Made by a program: the position numbers and the translations under genes. A stretch of DNA of 64,000 nucleotides, taken from assembly GCA_024279115.1 (NCBI GenBank), contig JAJRRW010000121.1:7614-71613 (forward strand), given 5' to 3'. Of this stretch, positions 61,498 to 64,000 are shown piece after piece (positions within the stretch are counted from its first letter, which is position 1; each line of letters starts with the position of its first letter). Origin of the DNA: Alphaproteobacteria bacterium. GTDB lineage: Bacteria > Pseudomonadota > Alphaproteobacteria > Rhizobiales > JAKIUO01. A model generated the notes under the pieces. It ran no database searches. It worked only from the letters and a program-made list of their open reading frames with translations, and had not been told where the DNA came from.

Positions 61498-62448
61498 CTA
61501 TGTCCTGCGACCATCTCTGGCAGCTTTGAGTTGCGCAAAATCCTCGTCGGCATGATAGGAAGATCGCGTCAAAGGGCTGGCTGATACCAATAAAAATCCC
61601 TTTGAAAGCGCGTGGCGTTTATAGGCCGCAAATTCGTCTGGCGTGACAAAGCTTTTGACTTGCGCATGTTTTCTGGTTGGCTGCAAATATTGGCCAATGG
61701 TCAAGAAGTCCACATTGGCCGAGCGCAGATCATCCATTAGTTGCAGCACTTCATTGCGCGTCTCCCCAAGCCCCACCATGATGCCCGACTTGGTGAACAG
61801 GCGCGGATCGCGCTCCTTGACCTTTTGCAACAGGCGCAAGGAATGGAAATAACGAGCGCCGGGCCGGATGTCGAGATAGTTTGAGGGCACGGTTTCCAGA
61901 TTGTGATTAAACACATCAGGGCGCGCCTTGATGACCAGATCTTCCGCGCCGTTCTTTTTGAGAAAATCGGGGGTCAGCACCTCAATGGTGGTCTGGGGCG
62001 TACTGGCCCTGATCGCCTCAATCGTTTGTGCCATATGAGCGGCGCCGCCATCGTCCAGATCATCGCGGTCAACAGAGGTGATAACCACATGCCGCAAACC
62101 CAGTTTTTGCACAGCATTGGCGACATTTTGCGGCTCATGGGGATCAAGAGCGGACGGCTTGCCGGTGCTGATATTGCAAAAGGCGCAGGCTCTGGTGCAG
62201 ATTTCTCCCATGATCATCATGGTGGCGTGGCGCTTGTCCCAGCACTCCCCGACATTTGGACAGGCCGCTTCTTCACAAACCGTCGCCAGGCCATTGGCCT
62301 TGATGATCTCGCGGGTTTCTTTGTAAACTTTTGAGCCGGGCGCTTTCACCCTGATCCATTTTGGCTTGCGCAAGATGGGCGTATCGGGCTTGTGGGCCTT
62401 TTCAGGGTGCCGCACGCGTTCGGCATTTACGTCAAAAATAATGGCCAT
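61498..62448 (-). CDS. lipA: Lipoyl synthase
   Basis: Auxiliary cluster [12 protein letters not shown] and radical-SAM CTRACAFC motifs. The start is placed at MAIIFD. The ORF is open up to 62496. Confidence 0.93.
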   Translation of the reverse strand: MAIIFDVNAERVRHPEKAHKPDTPILRKPKWIRVKAPGSKVYKETREIIKANGLATVCEEAACPNVGECWDKRHATMMIMGEICTRACAFCNISTGKPSALDPHEPQNVANAVQKLGLRHVVITSVDRDDLDDGGAAHMAQTIEAIRASTPQTTIEVLTPDFLKKNGAEDLVIKARPDVFNHNLETVPSNYLDIRPGARYFHSLRLLQKVKERDPRLFTKSGIMVGLGETRNEVLQLMDDLRSANVDFLTIGQYLQPTRKHAQVKSFVTPDEFAAYKRHALSKGFLLVSASPLTRSSYHADEDFAQLKAARDGRRT

Positions 62449-62452
62449 AATC

Positions 62453-63143
62453 TCAGGTTTCTTCCTCAATTTTATCCGGAAGAATTGTTTCACCATTGAT
62501 TACGGCTTTAGAAATTTGCTGATTTGTAAGGTTGAGCACCCCACGAAGATCAGCTCCCTCCAATATTGTTCCTGAGAGGTTGGCATTTTTCATATTCGCT
62601 CCCCGAAAATCTGCATATGAAAAATCTGCTCCCGACAAGTTCGCATCTTCCAAGTTTGTATTCCTAAGACTTGTCCGACGCAAAATGTATCGTGCAAATC
62701 AAGTTTTGGATAAGACCGATTTTGATTTTTTACCGTATTTGCACTCATGTTTTCACCTTCAATCTACTTTCGATGGTTTCCATGATTTCCTGAATATCAA
62801 TAGGAGGCTCCTTGTCTGAATAGTCCGTCTTATGCAATCTCAAATAGACCGCCAATAACTCAAATACAGGATCAGAAAGGTCAGGAAAATCATTTCCAAT
62901 TTGCCTAAGAGTATATATGGCTCCAAGGCGAACTTCCAGCTTTTCATCTCCAAGCTGACCTACAGCTCGATTGAATAATTCAGCGACATGGTCGCGCCGG
63001 GACAGCTCTGCCTGCTCTAATGAAGCATCTGCTTGAGTATTTGCAGCAACAACCCTGTGATATGCGAGGTATATTCCAAATCCAGCGGCACCTGCCAGGC
63101 CAAGGTTTCTAATGACCTCTGAAACCCCTACGAACCACTCCAT
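62453..63143 (-). pseudogene. Membrane-anchored pentapeptide-repeat protein, apparently split by two 1-nt frameshifts
   Basis: ORF 63143-62745 carries a TM helix plus the helical linker VRLGAIYTLRQIGNDFPDL...IDIQEIMETI. ORF 62683-62453 is pure pentapeptide repeat (TSLRN TNLED ANLSG ADFSY ADFRG ANMKN ANLSG TILEG ADLRG). A bridging frame reads MSANTVKNQNRSYPKLDLHDTF. Adding one base to the T4 run at 62750-62753 and one to the A4 run at 62682-62685 joins all three frames in repeat register. Confidence 0.55.
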
Positions 63144-63157
63144 TCCGGTCGCTCCAT

Positions 63158-64000
63158 CTATATATGCATCGCCCGGTCATAGGCTTCAAGGACGCTTTCA
63201 TGCATCATTTCAGACAAGGTGGGATGCGGGAATATGGTATGCATCAGCTCTGCTTCCGTGGTCTCCAATGTCTTGCCAATGGTGTAGCCCTGGATCAGTT
63301 CGGTAGCTTCCGCGCCAATCATGTGCGCCCCCAGCATTTCGCCGCTCTTGGCATCAAAAATCGTCTTGATCATGCCCTCGGTTTCGCCAAGCGCAATGGC
63401 CTTGCCATTTGCCTGATAGGGAAACCGCCCGACTTTAAGTTCATGACCAGCTTCCAGAGCCGCCGCTTCTGTTAGACCAACCGAGGCCACTTGCGGTGTG
63501 CAATAGGTGCAGCCCGGGATATTATGACGATCCAGAGGATGCACGTCCGCCAGCCCGGCGATTTTTTCCACGCAAAGAATGGCTTCATGCGAGGCCTTGT
63601 GGGCCAGTGCCGGAGCACCAGCCACATCACCGATGGCATAAATATTGGGAACCGTGGTGCGGCAATAATCATCGATGCTTATAGAGCCGTTTGAAACCTC
63701 GACGCCGCTTTCCTCTAATCCAAGATTTTCCGTATTGGCGGTAATGCCCACCGCCAGAATAACGCGCTCAAAATGCTGTGTAGAGCTTTTGCCATCATCG
63801 AGCACTATGGTCGCCGATACATCGCTATCTGCCGCTTTGAGATCGCTGACTTTGGCATTGGTGTGAATGGTCATTCCCTGTTTTTCAAACGCCTTGCGCG
63901 CCAATGCCGAAATTTCTTCATCCTCAACCGGCATCACGCGGTCCATCATTTCAACGACGATCACATCTGCGCCAAGAGCGTTATAGAACGAGGCGAATTC
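63158..64000 (-). CDS. lpdA: Dihydrolipoyl dehydrogenase (E3), N-terminal part outside the window
   Basis: The frame is open to the window edge (EFASFYNALGADVIVVEMMDR...). The C-terminal interface domain has the HAHPTLSE-like FPHPTLSEMM motif. Confidence 0.9.
   Translation of the reverse strand, partial: EFASFYNALGADVIVVEMMDRVMPVEDEEISALARKAFEKQGMTIHTNAKVSDLKAADSDVSATIVLDDGKSSTQHFERVILAVGITANTENLGLEESGVEVSNGSISIDDYCRTTVPNIYAIGDVAGAPALAHKASHEAILCVEKIAGLADVHPLDRHNIPGCTYCTPQVASVGLTEAAALEAGHELKVGRFPYQANGKAIALGETEGMIKTIFDAKSGEMLGAHMIGAEATELIQGYTIGKTLETTEAELMHTIFPHPTLSEMMHESVLEAYDRAMHI

Noticed and set aside
1-64000. Mobile elements, CRISPR arrays, prophage or defence islands.
   Set aside because: No transposase, integrase, Cas, restriction-enzyme or phage-like ORFs were recognisable in any frame. 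No repeat-spacer arrays were seen. Nearly every ORF is a conserved housekeeping gene in standard alphaproteobacterial synteny.

Overview
The window is a gene-dense, largely syntenic stretch of core chromosome from an alphaproteobacterium. The gene order is of the Hyphomicrobiales/Rhizobiales type, and I cannot name the species from sequence alone. About 60 protein genes and one tRNA-Ser(UGA) can be supported. In order they are: ygfZ, tag, an HD-hydrolase / CX5R-phosphatase / Nudix-related NAD regulator trio in front of nadABC, metC, rlpA, a PBP5-type DD-carboxypeptidase, tmk-holB-metG-tatD-MBL hydrolase, an SDR, an orphan TAXI-type binding protein, purF-cvpA-radA-alr-dnaB, rplI-DUF2232-rpsR-rpsF, fabD-fabG-acpP-fabF-mltG-yicC-gmk, rsmA-pdxA-surA-lptD-lptG-lptF, pepA, mazG, hflX-hfq, trkH-trkA, ntrX-ntrY-ntrC-ntrB-dusB, ispDF-pncC, an SRPBCC protein, lipA, a pentapeptide-repeat gene and lpdA. 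I saw no rRNA, CRISPR array, transposase, integrase or phage genes, and no convincing novel multi-gene system. The most unusual signal is a set of five inactivating lesions in otherwise well-conserved genes. Three are single-base deletions in A4/T4 runs, one in metG and two in the pentapeptide-repeat gene. Two are in-frame stop codons: TGA in alr and TAA in mltG. Secondary oddities are listed below.
- A signal-peptide TAXI binding protein has no transporter partner and carries a tandemly repeated Lys/Glu/Ala-rich C-terminal tail.
- An AT-rich pentapeptide-repeat gene is wedged tightly between lpdA and lipA.
- Two copies of a palindromic operator-like motif lie upstream of nadA.
- An unassigned AT-rich spacer upstream of hfq contains a perfect 10-bp inverted repeat.
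All functional calls come from reading the translated ORFs for family motifs and from synteny. No database search was run.
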